NCBI GenBank assembly: GCA_964387205.1
Contig: CAYLVY010000003.1
Location: forward strand, 17,006-79,565
DNA: 62,560 bases
Direction: 5' to 3'
DNA from: an uncultured Draconibacterium sp.
Lineage (GTDB): Bacteria > Bacteroidota > Bacteroidia > Bacteroidales > FEN-979
Shown: piece by piece, positions 20,028 to 28,555 of the stretch
Position numbering within the stretch: position 1 is the stretch's first letter
Layout: each line of letters opens with the position of its first letter
Position numbers and translations under genes: made by a program
Notes under the pieces: generated by a model
What the model was told of the DNA's origin: nothing
Databases searched by the model: none
The model's input: only the letters and a program-made list of their open reading frames with translations

Positions 20028-22922
20028 TTAAAAGATCGAATAGCCAATCTTGAATTGAAAGCCGATACCCTGCGGAAGCCGGGTAAAATATTGGTCGGCT
20101 GCATTATACGACCTGAATACCGATTCTTTGGTGTCGTTCAGGATATTTTCGACTTTCAGCCCCAGCTGAAGCCTTTTTTTAGCACCGAAACTTTTTCCGG
20201 CATTGAAATGGAGGCTGTGGAACGGCATGGAGTATATATCCGGCCGGTCCACAATCCCTACATATTGAAGCGTGGCGCCCTGCATGTTGTAATAGAGCCC
20301 GGCCTCAAATCCTTCAAAAAAGCCCTTTTCAGCGCCATCATAAGACAGGCCGCAATTGATGATAAAGGGCGCCTGTCCGGCCATTTCACGGTATTCGCTG
20401 ACCTTCTGACCCGTTCTGGCGTTTTGCTGCCTTGACTCCAACTCGGTCGCGCTGAGTTTGATCCCGGAGCGTGTCCAGGTGAGATTGGCTGAAATACTGA
20501 AGGATTCCAGCGTCTTCCACAGGGGTTCCAGCCCCACCCTCAACTCAACCTCCGCACCCAGCACCTCGCCGTTTCCAACGTTCCTGGGCTGAAATGCGCC
20601 GGCAAGGGTGGCATACTGCACGATCTCAATAGGATTAATGAAATATTTGTAAAACCCGCTCACCGATATGGTTTGGGACGGGGCTGGGAACCACTCCCAC
20701 CGAAGGTCAAGATTGTGAATATCGGTACTCACCAACCGGCCGTTCCAATATTCAACGCCGGCCACGTCGTTGGCATCACGAAAAAGGCCGCCAATAAAGG
20801 TGCGACCGCTGATCGGGTCATAGATCTCGGCATAGGAAAGTTCCTTGAACGAAGGGCGGGCGATGGTCCTGGCATAGGAGAACCTTAGGTTTTGACGCTC
20901 CGTCAGCCCCAGGATCAGGTTAAGCGAAGGGAAAAATCCGGCATTGGAGAGTACTTTTTCGCCGTCCAGTACCCTCGTACCAAGCTGGTCCTGACCGGTG
21001 TACCGTTGCATATAATTTTCAAACCTAAGTCCGACAATTGTCTTCAGTATACGGAAGGGACTGAATTCCACCGATGCATAACCCGCCATGTTTTGGGTCA
21101 CCGCGTTGAACTGATTCGGGTTGACCGGGATAAAAGGGGCATCATAAGTAGTGCCCGTGGTGATATTCCCCCCTTTTGGCCAAAGGTTATCAGGGTTGAA
21201 CAATTCGTCCGGGTCGCCGGTCAGGGTCAGTTTCCGGATGTTGAAAGCGTAATTCAGGATGGAGAAATCCCGCTCCTTGTATGTATAGGCTGCGCCAAAT
21301 TTCAATTCCGATTTGCGTTTCAGCATTTGAAAAGATTTCCGGATATCGGCTGTTCCTGAGAGGTTGACCTCCCGCAGATCCCGCCAGATCCTTTCGGGAA
21401 ATCCCGACTCAGTATTGATCACATAGTTTCCGGGAACGCCGATATATCTGGTGAAGCGAATATCGGGATCCTTCATGGTGGAAAAGGTAGGCGACAATTT
21501 CCATTCGGCTTCCCAGGATGCACCGAAAGTATGTTTTCCTCCCAACAACAGGTTAGACAATGCCCTTTCGCTGTAATCGAGATTATGCTGAAAACCTGAA
21601 AAATCACTCCCCTGGTCGGATCCGGTGTAATCAAAGATACCGGCCCTGGATTCACCATTCTGAAGATGAAGCAAGTTGATCCTGTATTTTGAATGGGCCG
21701 TTTTCACTGCAAATCCGGCCAACCCGCTCCACAAGACACCAAGGGTACCATAGTCCCCCTTCTGAAACTCCCTCACATCCATCTCATAAACATTGGGATC
21801 GGAGGAGAGCCCGTATCGTCCATATTCGGCACCTGCGAAATACTCAGTCGATGATTTGTAAGATAAAGCAACATGGTAACCCACCGTCACTTTTTCGCCG
21901 GCGATCTGATTTCCCAGGGATAAACCGATCCCGTAATCCATGAAACTTGCCTGACGACGGGCCGACATGACCGGACTGAATCCGGCCAGGATCTTGCGGT
22001 AACGCAGCCCTTTAGCCCCGGAGGGGTTGCCCACTACTTCAGAAAAGAGAGGAATATCGGAAGTAGCCGGAATGGCGCGGGTTCCGTCATCAAAACCGAG
22101 AAAATCGGTTTTTCCCCCTTCATAGGATAGAAAATTGCTGTTGAAATGAAATTCGGGATTGTATCCGGCGCTGAACGAAATATTTCCCTGCTTTTTCTCG
22201 GGGAAATCTTTCAGCCCTATGTCGATCACACCTCCGGTGAAATCGGCAGGAAGTTCAGCCGTAAAAGATTTATAGACAATGATCTGATCTATGATGCTGG
22301 TGGGGAAAAGATCAAGCTGCAACGTATTCCGGTCGGGATCCAGTCCCGGAATATCCAGCCCGTTGAGAATTGTCTTGGTATAACGATCTCCCAAACCCCT
22401 GACATAGACATATTTACCTCCTTCTACCGACAAACCGGTTACCCGCTTCATCGAAGAGGCTGCATCGGAATCTCCGGTTTTCCTGAAGTTTCCGGCTGAA
22501 ATGCCATCCATCACATTGGCTGATTTTCTTTTCAGGGTGAGAATGGCATTCTCCGTATTTCTGACAGCCCGGGCGGTGATGGTCACCTCGCTCAGTTCAT
22601 AGGTTGTTTCCAGTAAAAACAGGTCATCGAGTACCAGAACCTCTCCGGCTTTTACCTTGATATCTGTTAATATCCGGGTTTCGTAAGAGATGAAGGAGGC
22701 TTTCAGGGTATAGGTTCCCGGATTGACCTTCAGGTTGAATTTTCCGTCAAGATCAGTAAGGGTTCCGATGGTGGTACCATTCAGGATGATGGTTACCCCG
22801 GGAAGATACTCCCCGGAACCCTTATCGAAAACCGCACCCCTGATGCTGCCTTGCTGGGCGTGCATCAGGGGAACGAAGGAAAAGTAAACCAACAGTAAGA
22901 GTAAGGTGTGTCGGGTGTGCAT
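20028..22922 (-). CDS. TonB-dependent outer-membrane receptor with an N-terminal CarboxypepD_reg domain
   Basis: 964 aa. Signal peptide, then GSIRGAVFDKGSGEYLPGVTIILNGT...GTYTLKASFISYE (Cna-B/CarboxypepD_reg), a plug region (MDGISAGNFRKTGDSDAASSMKRVTGL), a long beta-barrel, and a terminal ...GYSIF. Confidence 0.88.
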   Translation of the reverse strand: MHTRHTLLLLLVYFSFVPLMHAQQGSIRGAVFDKGSGEYLPGVTIILNGTTIGTLTDLDGKFNLKVNPGTYTLKASFISYETRILTDIKVKAGEVLVLDDLFLLETTYELSEVTITARAVRNTENAILTLKRKSANVMDGISAGNFRKTGDSDAASSMKRVTGLSVEGGKYVYVRGLGDRYTKTILNGLDIPGLDPDRNTLQLDLFPTSIIDQIIVYKSFTAELPADFTGGVIDIGLKDFPEKKQGNISFSAGYNPEFHFNSNFLSYEGGKTDFLGFDDGTRAIPATSDIPLFSEVVGNPSGAKGLRYRKILAGFSPVMSARRQASFMDYGIGLSLGNQIAGEKVTVGYHVALSYKSSTEYFAGAEYGRYGLSSDPNVYEMDVREFQKGDYGTLGVLWSGLAGFAVKTAHSKYRINLLHLQNGESRAGIFDYTGSDQGSDFSGFQHNLDYSERALSNLLLGGKHTFGASWEAEWKLSPTFSTMKDPDIRFTRYIGVPGNYVINTESGFPERIWRDLREVNLSGTADIRKSFQMLKRKSELKFGAAYTYKERDFSILNYAFNIRKLTLTGDPDELFNPDNLWPKGGNITTGTTYDAPFIPVNPNQFNAVTQNMAGYASVEFSPFRILKTIVGLRFENYMQRYTGQDQLGTRVLDGEKVLSNAGFFPSLNLILGLTERQNLRFSYARTIARPSFKELSYAEIYDPISGRTFIGGLFRDANDVAGVEYWNGRLVSTDIHNLDLRWEWFPAPSQTISVSGFYKYFINPIEIVQYATLAGAFQPRNVGNGEVLGAEVELRVGLEPLWKTLESFSISANLTWTRSGIKLSATELESRQQNARTGQKVSEYREMAGQAPFIINCGLSYDGAEKGFFEGFEAGLYYNMQGATLQYVGIVDRPDIYSMPFHSLHFNAGKSFGAKKRLQLGLKVENILNDTKESVFRSYNAADQYFTRLPQGIGFQFKIGYSIF

Positions 22923-22930
22923 GCGGTATA

Positions 22931-24091
22931 CTATTTGAAATCTGCCAGCTTACCGGAAACGGCAGCCCAACTCCATTGCTGGAAAGCGGACATGGTGGCC
23001 CCCACTGAATTCTGTTTTGCATTCACCAAGGTTACAAACTGGTCGCTTCCTGCTTTGAAAAATTCGGTCACCACGGTAGCATCGGGCAAAGTTGCCTGCA
23101 GTGACGAGGCGGTCAATCCGGCCGGGTTAAGGTCGAAATCCTGTCCTTTGGTAAGATTGAAGAAATAGATGCCGGTCATATTGACAATCGAATTGTCATC
23201 CAGGTCAACCAAACCTTCTGCATTGCCGGCCGATACCGATCCGTTTTTAATCACATGACCGGCGATGTATGAACCTTCCGGTCCGTCCAGTTCAAAACAT
23301 TCATCACCGGGGGTGATCACCAGGAAGTTGTCGAGGGTTCCGCTCCATGACTGGTCGGTATCAATGGCATCGTCGCCGGCATTCCATACCAACGCATTTT
23401 TCACATTCACGCTGCCTCCGAACCATTCGATACCGTCATCCTGATTGGCTACAATTTCCACGTTCTCGATCACGGTACCCGATCCCACCCCGCCAAGGGT
23501 AAGGCCGTTGATTTCATTTCCCTCGCCGATATTAGTTCCTCCGTGACGGATGGAGACATACCGGATTACGCCGGAGTTGTCGGCCTGATTATCACCGCCA
23601 TATAAACCATTCTGATCTGAAGGCGGGATCCCTTCGATCTGCACCGAAGGCGCATCGGCCGAAATCGGAGCATTGCCAAGGATGATCAATCCACCCCATA
23701 ACCCGCTAAGGTCGGGATCGAGGTTGGGGCTGGCCACCTGACCGGGGAGTATCTCATCGGCCACCGAAGTAAAGATAATAGGAGCGTCAGCGGTCCCTTC
23801 GGCCATGAGTTTACCTCCGCGGGCAATTAGGAGTGCCGTTGCATTGGCGCCGGTGCCCGCCTGGCCTTTTACGATAACACCGGGCTGAATGGTGAGTGTA
23901 ACCCCGGAGACCACAGCAATGCGGCTTTGCAGGGTATAGACCTTTCCGGTGACCCAGGTGGTGTTTTGGGTAATGTTAGCGTTCACCGCAACATTGTCAT
24001 CGACCGGCGGGGCCTGAGGTGTTTCTTCCTCTTTCTTACACGCTGTAAACAAGGCAATTAAAGCCAATCCCATCAAAAAAAATCGTTTCAT
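22931..24091 (-). CDS. Surface lipoprotein with beta-helix-like Gly/Asp/Asn-rich repeats, function unknown
   Basis: Signal peptide and lipobox (LFTAC). Repetitive GGxxNIGEGNEINGLTLGG...DDGIEWFGGSVNVKN...GDDAIDTD segments. Lies 8 nt upstream of the TonB receptor on the same strand. Confidence 0.6.
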   Translation of the reverse strand: MKRFFLMGLALIALFTACKKEEETPQAPPVDDNVAVNANITQNTTWVTGKVYTLQSRIAVVSGVTLTIQPGVIVKGQAGTGANATALLIARGGKLMAEGTADAPIIFTSVADEILPGQVASPNLDPDLSGLWGGLIILGNAPISADAPSVQIEGIPPSDQNGLYGGDNQADNSGVIRYVSIRHGGTNIGEGNEINGLTLGGVGSGTVIENVEIVANQDDGIEWFGGSVNVKNALVWNAGDDAIDTDQSWSGTLDNFLVITPGDECFELDGPEGSYIAGHVIKNGSVSAGNAEGLVDLDDNSIVNMTGIYFFNLTKGQDFDLNPAGLTASSLQATLPDATVVTEFFKAGSDQFVTLVNAKQNSVGATMSAFQQWSWAAVSGKLADFK

Positions 24092-24239
24092 AAGTGTGTC
24101 ATTTAAAATTTCTGCAAAGGAAAATATTGCCGCCCGAAACCACCTTAAATTATTATTAAGTTAAGATTAATTAAATGTTAACGAATTCCGGATGGAGCAT
24201 CTTTGATCCGAAAACCGTTACTTTGCAAAAAAGTCGGGA

Positions 24240-24851
24240 ATGATGTCGGCGTGTCTGAAAATCAATCTGTCGTTGCTGCTGTGGTTCCTCTCTCTTCAGG
24301 TTTCGGGGCAGGAGTGGAACTTCATCAAGGAAAAGGACGGAATAAAGATCTATACCAAAAAAGAAAAGGGAAATTCCCTGAAATCGTTCCGGGGTGTAAC
24401 CGATATTCGTGCTTCCATGGAGGAGGTGACCCACCTGATCGGGAATGTGAAAAATCTCGACTGGTGGGATAAAAATCTCCGGGAGATCAGGGTCCTTCGA
24501 TATGAACCTGATAAATACTCACAATACTACCTGGTTTATGATGCACCATGGCCGGTAAATGACCGTGATCTATGCGTGGAGGCTAAAATCACCGATGATC
24601 CCTTCAACGGGACGCGTACCATTATGTCCACCCCCATGACTGACATCATACCCGAGCAACCGGGCATCGTACGCATCACCAACTATTGGCAGCGTTGGAT
24701 CATGACACCTGGGCACCATGGCAAGGTACATGTAGTCCTGGAAGGATATGTGGATCCGGCCGGGAGTGTTCCCGACTGGATATACAACTTTGTAATTACC
24801 GAAACACCGCTCAAGATCATGCGCGGCATTAAGGAGAAACTTGAGCGTTGA
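24240..24851 (+). CDS. START / SRPBCC lipid-binding domain protein (secreted)
   Basis: Signal peptide, then a START-like pattern: W..IKEKDGIKIYTK..., NLDWWDKN, PWPVNDRDLCV, GIVRITNYWQRW and DPAGSVPDWIYN. Confidence 0.65.
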   Translation: MMSACLKINLSLLLWFLSLQVSGQEWNFIKEKDGIKIYTKKEKGNSLKSFRGVTDIRASMEEVTHLIGNVKNLDWWDKNLREIRVLRYEPDKYSQYYLVYDAPWPVNDRDLCVEAKITDDPFNGTRTIMSTPMTDIIPEQPGIVRITNYWQRWIMTPGHHGKVHVVLEGYVDPAGSVPDWIYNFVITETPLKIMRGIKEKLER

Positions 24852-26085
24852 TTAAGCCTGGATTGTCGGCTGTTTCGTTTTCCGGCTCCTCATCATCATC
24901 GTATTGCCGCCAGGTGCGGGGGTCGCGTTGTTTAACCAATTCTTCATACCGTTGATAAACCTCATCCACAATATCCTCCCATGGATGATGCAACGATTTA
25001 CGCGCCCCGACACCGGCATGGCGTATCCTGAGCGGATTATGGATCAGCGAGGTCAAAGCAGAAGCAAGCGCCTCCTGGTGGTTCTCCACCAGAAAACCAT
25101 TCACCCCGTCCTCAATTCCTTCGGCGGAGGAGGAACCCCTGACGACTACCGACGGTACATCATAGGCAGCGGCTTCCTGAATGACCAACGGAGAGTTATC
25201 ATAAACCGAAGGGAAGACAAAGAGATCAGACGCCGCGAATATCTGCTGCAATACCTTACGGTCGGTAATGACTCCCAGGAAGAGGACTTTATTCTCCATC
25301 TGATACAAATAGACCTTTTGTTTCATCTCCTCCATGGCATACCCTTCTCCTACAAAGACCATCCTGAATTGTTCACCATTTTCGTGAAGGATACGCAATG
25401 CCTCGATAATCATCATCACATTTTTCTCCAGGCGATGCTGTCCGACAAAAAGCATGACAAATTCATCGGGCAGGATTCCGGTCAGTGCCAGCCCTCCTGA
25501 CCGTTCATTCTGTAGTTGCAGTCGCCCCGGAACATCCATGTCGGTTCCGTTGCGCATGATCTCATAGTTGCCTTTATAACCATAAGCTTTGAGGGTTTCA
25601 CCCGTACTGCGGTTTGGTACCCAGACCTGGTCTGCTTTATTATAGAAATCAAGGGTAAGGTTTACCAGAAAGTCAACAAAATGGTCATTGGGAACAACTT
25701 TCCTGAAATCTTCCCGGTACTTGGTATGGAAGGTGGCCACCAGCGGAATATTATGTTTCCTGGCCATTTTCAATGCCAATTGCCCGCTGATGAAAGGACA
25801 ATGGGCATGAATCAAATCGATCCGCTCCTTTTTGAGTTTTTTCTTGAATTTTACATCTACCAGCGGTAAACCGATCCGGTACGGGTTCATCCCCGGAAGC
25901 AAGACCGACTTGAAACGGTAGACTTTGTAGTCGGCCAGATCTTCATACCCTTTGACTTTTGGCGCTACGACAAAACTTGGTCCGTATTTGTGGTTGAGAA
26001 AGCGGGCATAATTGTGGGCGGTCATTCCTACCCCATCCATGATGGGGAAATACGAGTCATTGAACTGGCCTGTGGTAATGGTCAT
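24829..26085 (-). CDS. Glycosyltransferase family 4 (glycolipid-synthase-like)
   Basis: N-terminal FNDSYFPIMDGVG, HAHCPFISG and LVATFHTKYRED resemble diacylglycerol glucosyltransferase-type GT4 enzymes. C-terminal FVFPSVYDNSPLVIQEAAAYDVPSVV. The 3' end overlaps the START gene by 23 nt. Confidence 0.8.
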   Translation of the reverse strand: MTITTGQFNDSYFPIMDGVGMTAHNYARFLNHKYGPSFVVAPKVKGYEDLADYKVYRFKSVLLPGMNPYRIGLPLVDVKFKKKLKKERIDLIHAHCPFISGQLALKMARKHNIPLVATFHTKYREDFRKVVPNDHFVDFLVNLTLDFYNKADQVWVPNRSTGETLKAYGYKGNYEIMRNGTDMDVPGRLQLQNERSGGLALTGILPDEFVMLFVGQHRLEKNVMMIIEALRILHENGEQFRMVFVGEGYAMEEMKQKVYLYQMENKVLFLGVITDRKVLQQIFAASDLFVFPSVYDNSPLVIQEAAAYDVPSVVVRGSSSAEGIEDGVNGFLVENHQEALASALTSLIHNPLRIRHAGVGARKSLHHPWEDIVDEVYQRYEELVKQRDPRTWRQYDDDEEPENETADNPGLINAQVSP

Positions 26086-26118
26086 CTTCTACCGGTGTTT
26101 TTGTCCGGTAAAAGTAAA

Positions 26119-26151
26119 AATGTTGTGTTACCAGGATGTTAACACAACATT
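26119..26151 (-). terminator. Perfect 12-bp hairpin (AATGTTGTGTTA / TAACACAACATT, 9-nt loop) followed by a T-rich tract on the minus strand
   Basis: Seen directly in the sequence. It lies 34 nt upstream of the GT4 start and downstream of the CBM48 gene. It could be a second terminator or a 5'-leader structure. Confidence 0.4.
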
Positions 26152-26190
26152 ACGAAATGGTTAAATATGAAAAGTCGGAAGGATGACAGA

Positions 26191-26229
26191 AAAATTCCGT
26201 ACTGAGCTATAAGCTCAGCACGGAATTTT
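26191..26229 (-). terminator. Rho-independent terminator overlapping the CBM48 stop codon
   Basis: An 18-bp stem (one G-U pair on the minus-strand RNA) with a 3-nt loop. The stem ends in UUUU followed by UCUGUC. The TAG stop (26207-26209) sits at the loop edge. Confidence 0.6.
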
Positions 26230-26512
26230 CGGAACCGAGGCCGCTGGGGATAAACCCATCAGCCTGAGGGTCGTTTTCCCAATTGTTCCCGTCGATCAGA
26301 TAACGAAACTGGTATTCTTTTCCTGATTCCAGGTCGAGGGTTACTGACCAGGCGCCGGTTTTTGCCTTTTTCAGGGGTGTTTCACCGATCTGCCATGCAT
26401 TAAAATCACCCACCAGGACTATGGATGTGGCATTGTTATAGTGTTCTCCTTCGAGGGAAAATTTCACTTTACAAACAGGTTTTGCCTTTAAAAATTTCTT
26501 TTCGATGCTCAT
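26207..26512 (-). CDS. Stand-alone CBM48 / AMPK-beta-type glycogen-binding domain protein
   Basis: 101 aa. VKFSLEGEHYNNATSIVLVGDFNAWQ...KEYQFRYLIDGNNWENDP matches the E-set/CBM48 pattern. Confidence 0.7.
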   Translation of the reverse strand: MSIEKKFLKAKPVCKVKFSLEGEHYNNATSIVLVGDFNAWQIGETPLKKAKTGAWSVTLDLESGKEYQFRYLIDGNNWENDPQADGFIPSGLGSENSVLSL

Positions 26513-26723
26513 AAGTAATTTGTTGATTAATACTAAAACGGGTGCAAAATTACAACTATTTTCACTTCCTGTGTGAATTTATGGTTAAATCGTTTACATA
26601 CAAAAAAGTCAATTGCATTTATCCTGTTTTGTAAATGCAACGGATTAACGATAATTTAACAATGGTTTAATCACAAAAACAAAATGTATATATAATTTTA
26701 TCGATGGCAAATACAATAAAAAA

Positions 26724-27563
26724 ATGAAAAACAAAGAGATAGGACAGTACTTATTTCTCTCCTACCGTAAGCGGTCAGCCTCCTTTGTCATGAATTTGTA
26801 TAAGTCGAGTCTTACAGCCGACAGCAAAGACATACACAGGGCCCGGCTGGATGCAAAGCGACTATTCGCCATTCTGGAGCTGCTTGAAATTATTGAAAAA
26901 GGAGAATTCAGTTTCAATAAAGCCAGAAAAGTATTCAGACCGGTTTATCAACAGGCGGGTAATCTGCGTGAAATACAGGTAAATTTTCTATTGATCAGCC
27001 AATACGAAAAACCTGAAGAACGTTTTCCCTCCTTAATGCAATGGCTTTCACAAAATGAAAAAAAGGCCATCAGGAAAATGGTGAGGATGGTCCACCATCT
27101 GGATCACTCAGCGATTGCTTCAATCGAAGAGGAGATAGGTACAATTTGCGAATCAACTTCCGCCTATCATCTTAATTCAAAAACCAGGCATTTTTACCGA
27201 AAGAAATTTCAACATATCGACAATCTTATCCGTTCCTCCCTTTCCATGAAAGAGCTGCATCAGGTCAGAAAAAACCTTAAAGCTGTCTCGACGATTGCAA
27301 CCCTGGTTTATCCGATGAAACCCGAAAAATGCCTGGAAAAACTGGTCGGGGCGCTCAACCGCACTGAGATGATCATTGGTGATTGGCACGATCTTACCGT
27401 ACTTAAGGCTACAATTTCGGAATTTCTGGAGAAAAGACCGGAGTTGACCAATTCACCCGAAGGAAATGAATTGAAGCAATTAAATAACTCCATCAGCGAA
27501 AAAATGGAAAACCTCGTGCAATATTTTGTGCCCGAGGTTCAACAGATTATAGAAATTAAATAG
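26724..27563 (+). CDS. CHAD domain protein
   Basis: 279 aa, helical. IHRARLDAKRLFAILELLE, GNLREIQV and IGDWHDLTVL fit the CHAD conserved-His/Arg pattern. Confidence 0.6.
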   Translation: MKNKEIGQYLFLSYRKRSASFVMNLYKSSLTADSKDIHRARLDAKRLFAILELLEIIEKGEFSFNKARKVFRPVYQQAGNLREIQVNFLLISQYEKPEERFPSLMQWLSQNEKKAIRKMVRMVHHLDHSAIASIEEEIGTICESTSAYHLNSKTRHFYRKKFQHIDNLIRSSLSMKELHQVRKNLKAVSTIATLVYPMKPEKCLEKLVGALNRTEMIIGDWHDLTVLKATISEFLEKRPELTNSPEGNELKQLNNSISEKMENLVQYFVPEVQQIIEIK

Positions 27564-27570
27564 TCAGAAA

Positions 27571-28038
27571 TCAGGGATAAGACTCCCTGCTAACCTCCTT
27601 ACCGGTTTCATCCCGGATTATCCAGGTACCTGACTTTTGTCCTTTCCGGTAAAACATCTCATAGCGCTTTATACCCTGATCATCCCATACCGACCATGCA
27701 CCATCTTTTTCACCGTCCATAAAAGATGCCTCTGCAGTTTGCCCGCCCGATTCATTCCAGGTTTTCCAAAGCCCGTGTTTTTTCCCTTCCCTGTATGAAC
27801 GTACCTCTTTTTTCAGGCCGGAGGCATAATAAAGAACCGTATTTCCGTCGAGGAATCCGTTTCTCACGGAGGTTTCAGACACTGGCCTTTTTGTAAGGGT
27901 ATCAAACTCGGTGAAAAGCCCTGTAAAGGGTTTTCCTGTTTCCCGTGTGTAATACCGGCCTTTTTTCAGGAAGACATCCTGAGCCTGGAGCGAGCAGGAA
28001 AGCAGGCCCAGAAACAACAACAGAAAAACTTTCCTCAT
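27571..28038 (-). CDS. Secreted MORN-variant repeat protein (YwqK-like)
   Basis: Signal peptide, then repeated G-x-G/W motifs (GKKHGLWKTWNESG, GEKDGAWSVWDDQG, GQKSGTWIIRDETG). Confidence 0.6.
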   Translation of the reverse strand: MRKVFLLLFLGLLSCSLQAQDVFLKKGRYYTRETGKPFTGLFTEFDTLTKRPVSETSVRNGFLDGNTVLYYASGLKKEVRSYREGKKHGLWKTWNESGGQTAEASFMDGEKDGAWSVWDDQGIKRYEMFYRKGQKSGTWIIRDETGKEVSRESYP

Positions 28039-28039
28039 G

Positions 28040-28441
28040 TTAAGGCATGATGGGATTCAGCTCAATGGAGAGCTTTTCCTTTTTCCCGCCGGGGATTTTC
28101 ACCGTGACCGTTTTGTCGCGGTAAGAAATGCAATTAACCTTTACCTCATAGGTGCCGGGGGCCACACCGGAGATCGAAAACTCGCCTTTTGAATTGGTAT
28201 AAACCTTTGTATCAGTATCGGCAAGCTGGATCAGCACGCCGGCCAGTTTTTCATTGGAGGCTTTATCTGTAATCACACCACTTATAGAAGCAGCATTGGC
28301 GGAATTGGCCGGTTTAGAATCCTTGCCGGGAACAAAAGCGCTCACGGAGGCCACCACAAACAGGGCTGCAAGGGTCATCATGATTCTGTTTTTCATAGTC
28401 TGTAATTTTGCCGCAAAGTTAGCCTGCGACAGCGGTTTCAA
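28040..28441 (-). CDS. Small secreted CarboxypepD_reg-like domain protein
   Basis: ISGVITDKASNEKLAGVLIQL...TNSKGEFSISGVAPGTYEVKVNCISY. The likely true start is Met16 (MKNRIMM, about 28396). Its stop lies 1 nt before the next gene. Confidence 0.65.
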   Translation of the reverse strand: MKPLSQANFAAKLQTMKNRIMMTLAALFVVASVSAFVPGKDSKPANSANAASISGVITDKASNEKLAGVLIQLADTDTKVYTNSKGEFSISGVAPGTYEVKVNCISYRDKTVTVKIPGGKKEKLSIELNPIMP

Positions 28442-28555
28442 TATTAAAGAATTGTTAACAAATCTTTAATTCCGGGTTAACAATCGATCCGAAAAGGTAA
28501 TCTATGAACATTACTTCGTTTTTTTTACATTTACAGTCTAAAGAAACTGAAAACC

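Noticed and set aside
19929-20435. 168-aa plus-strand ORF beginning MRQPDLPGFENPEGLIPQPDLPGFENLEGLIP.
   Set aside because: Its N-terminus is a translation of the tandem palindromic repeat. The rest lies antisense to the strongly supported TonB receptor gene.
27384-27389. TGGCAC, read as a sigma-54 -24 element given that rpoN is in the window.
   Set aside because: It lies inside the CHAD coding region. The spacing requirement fails, because no TTGC follows 5 nt downstream.
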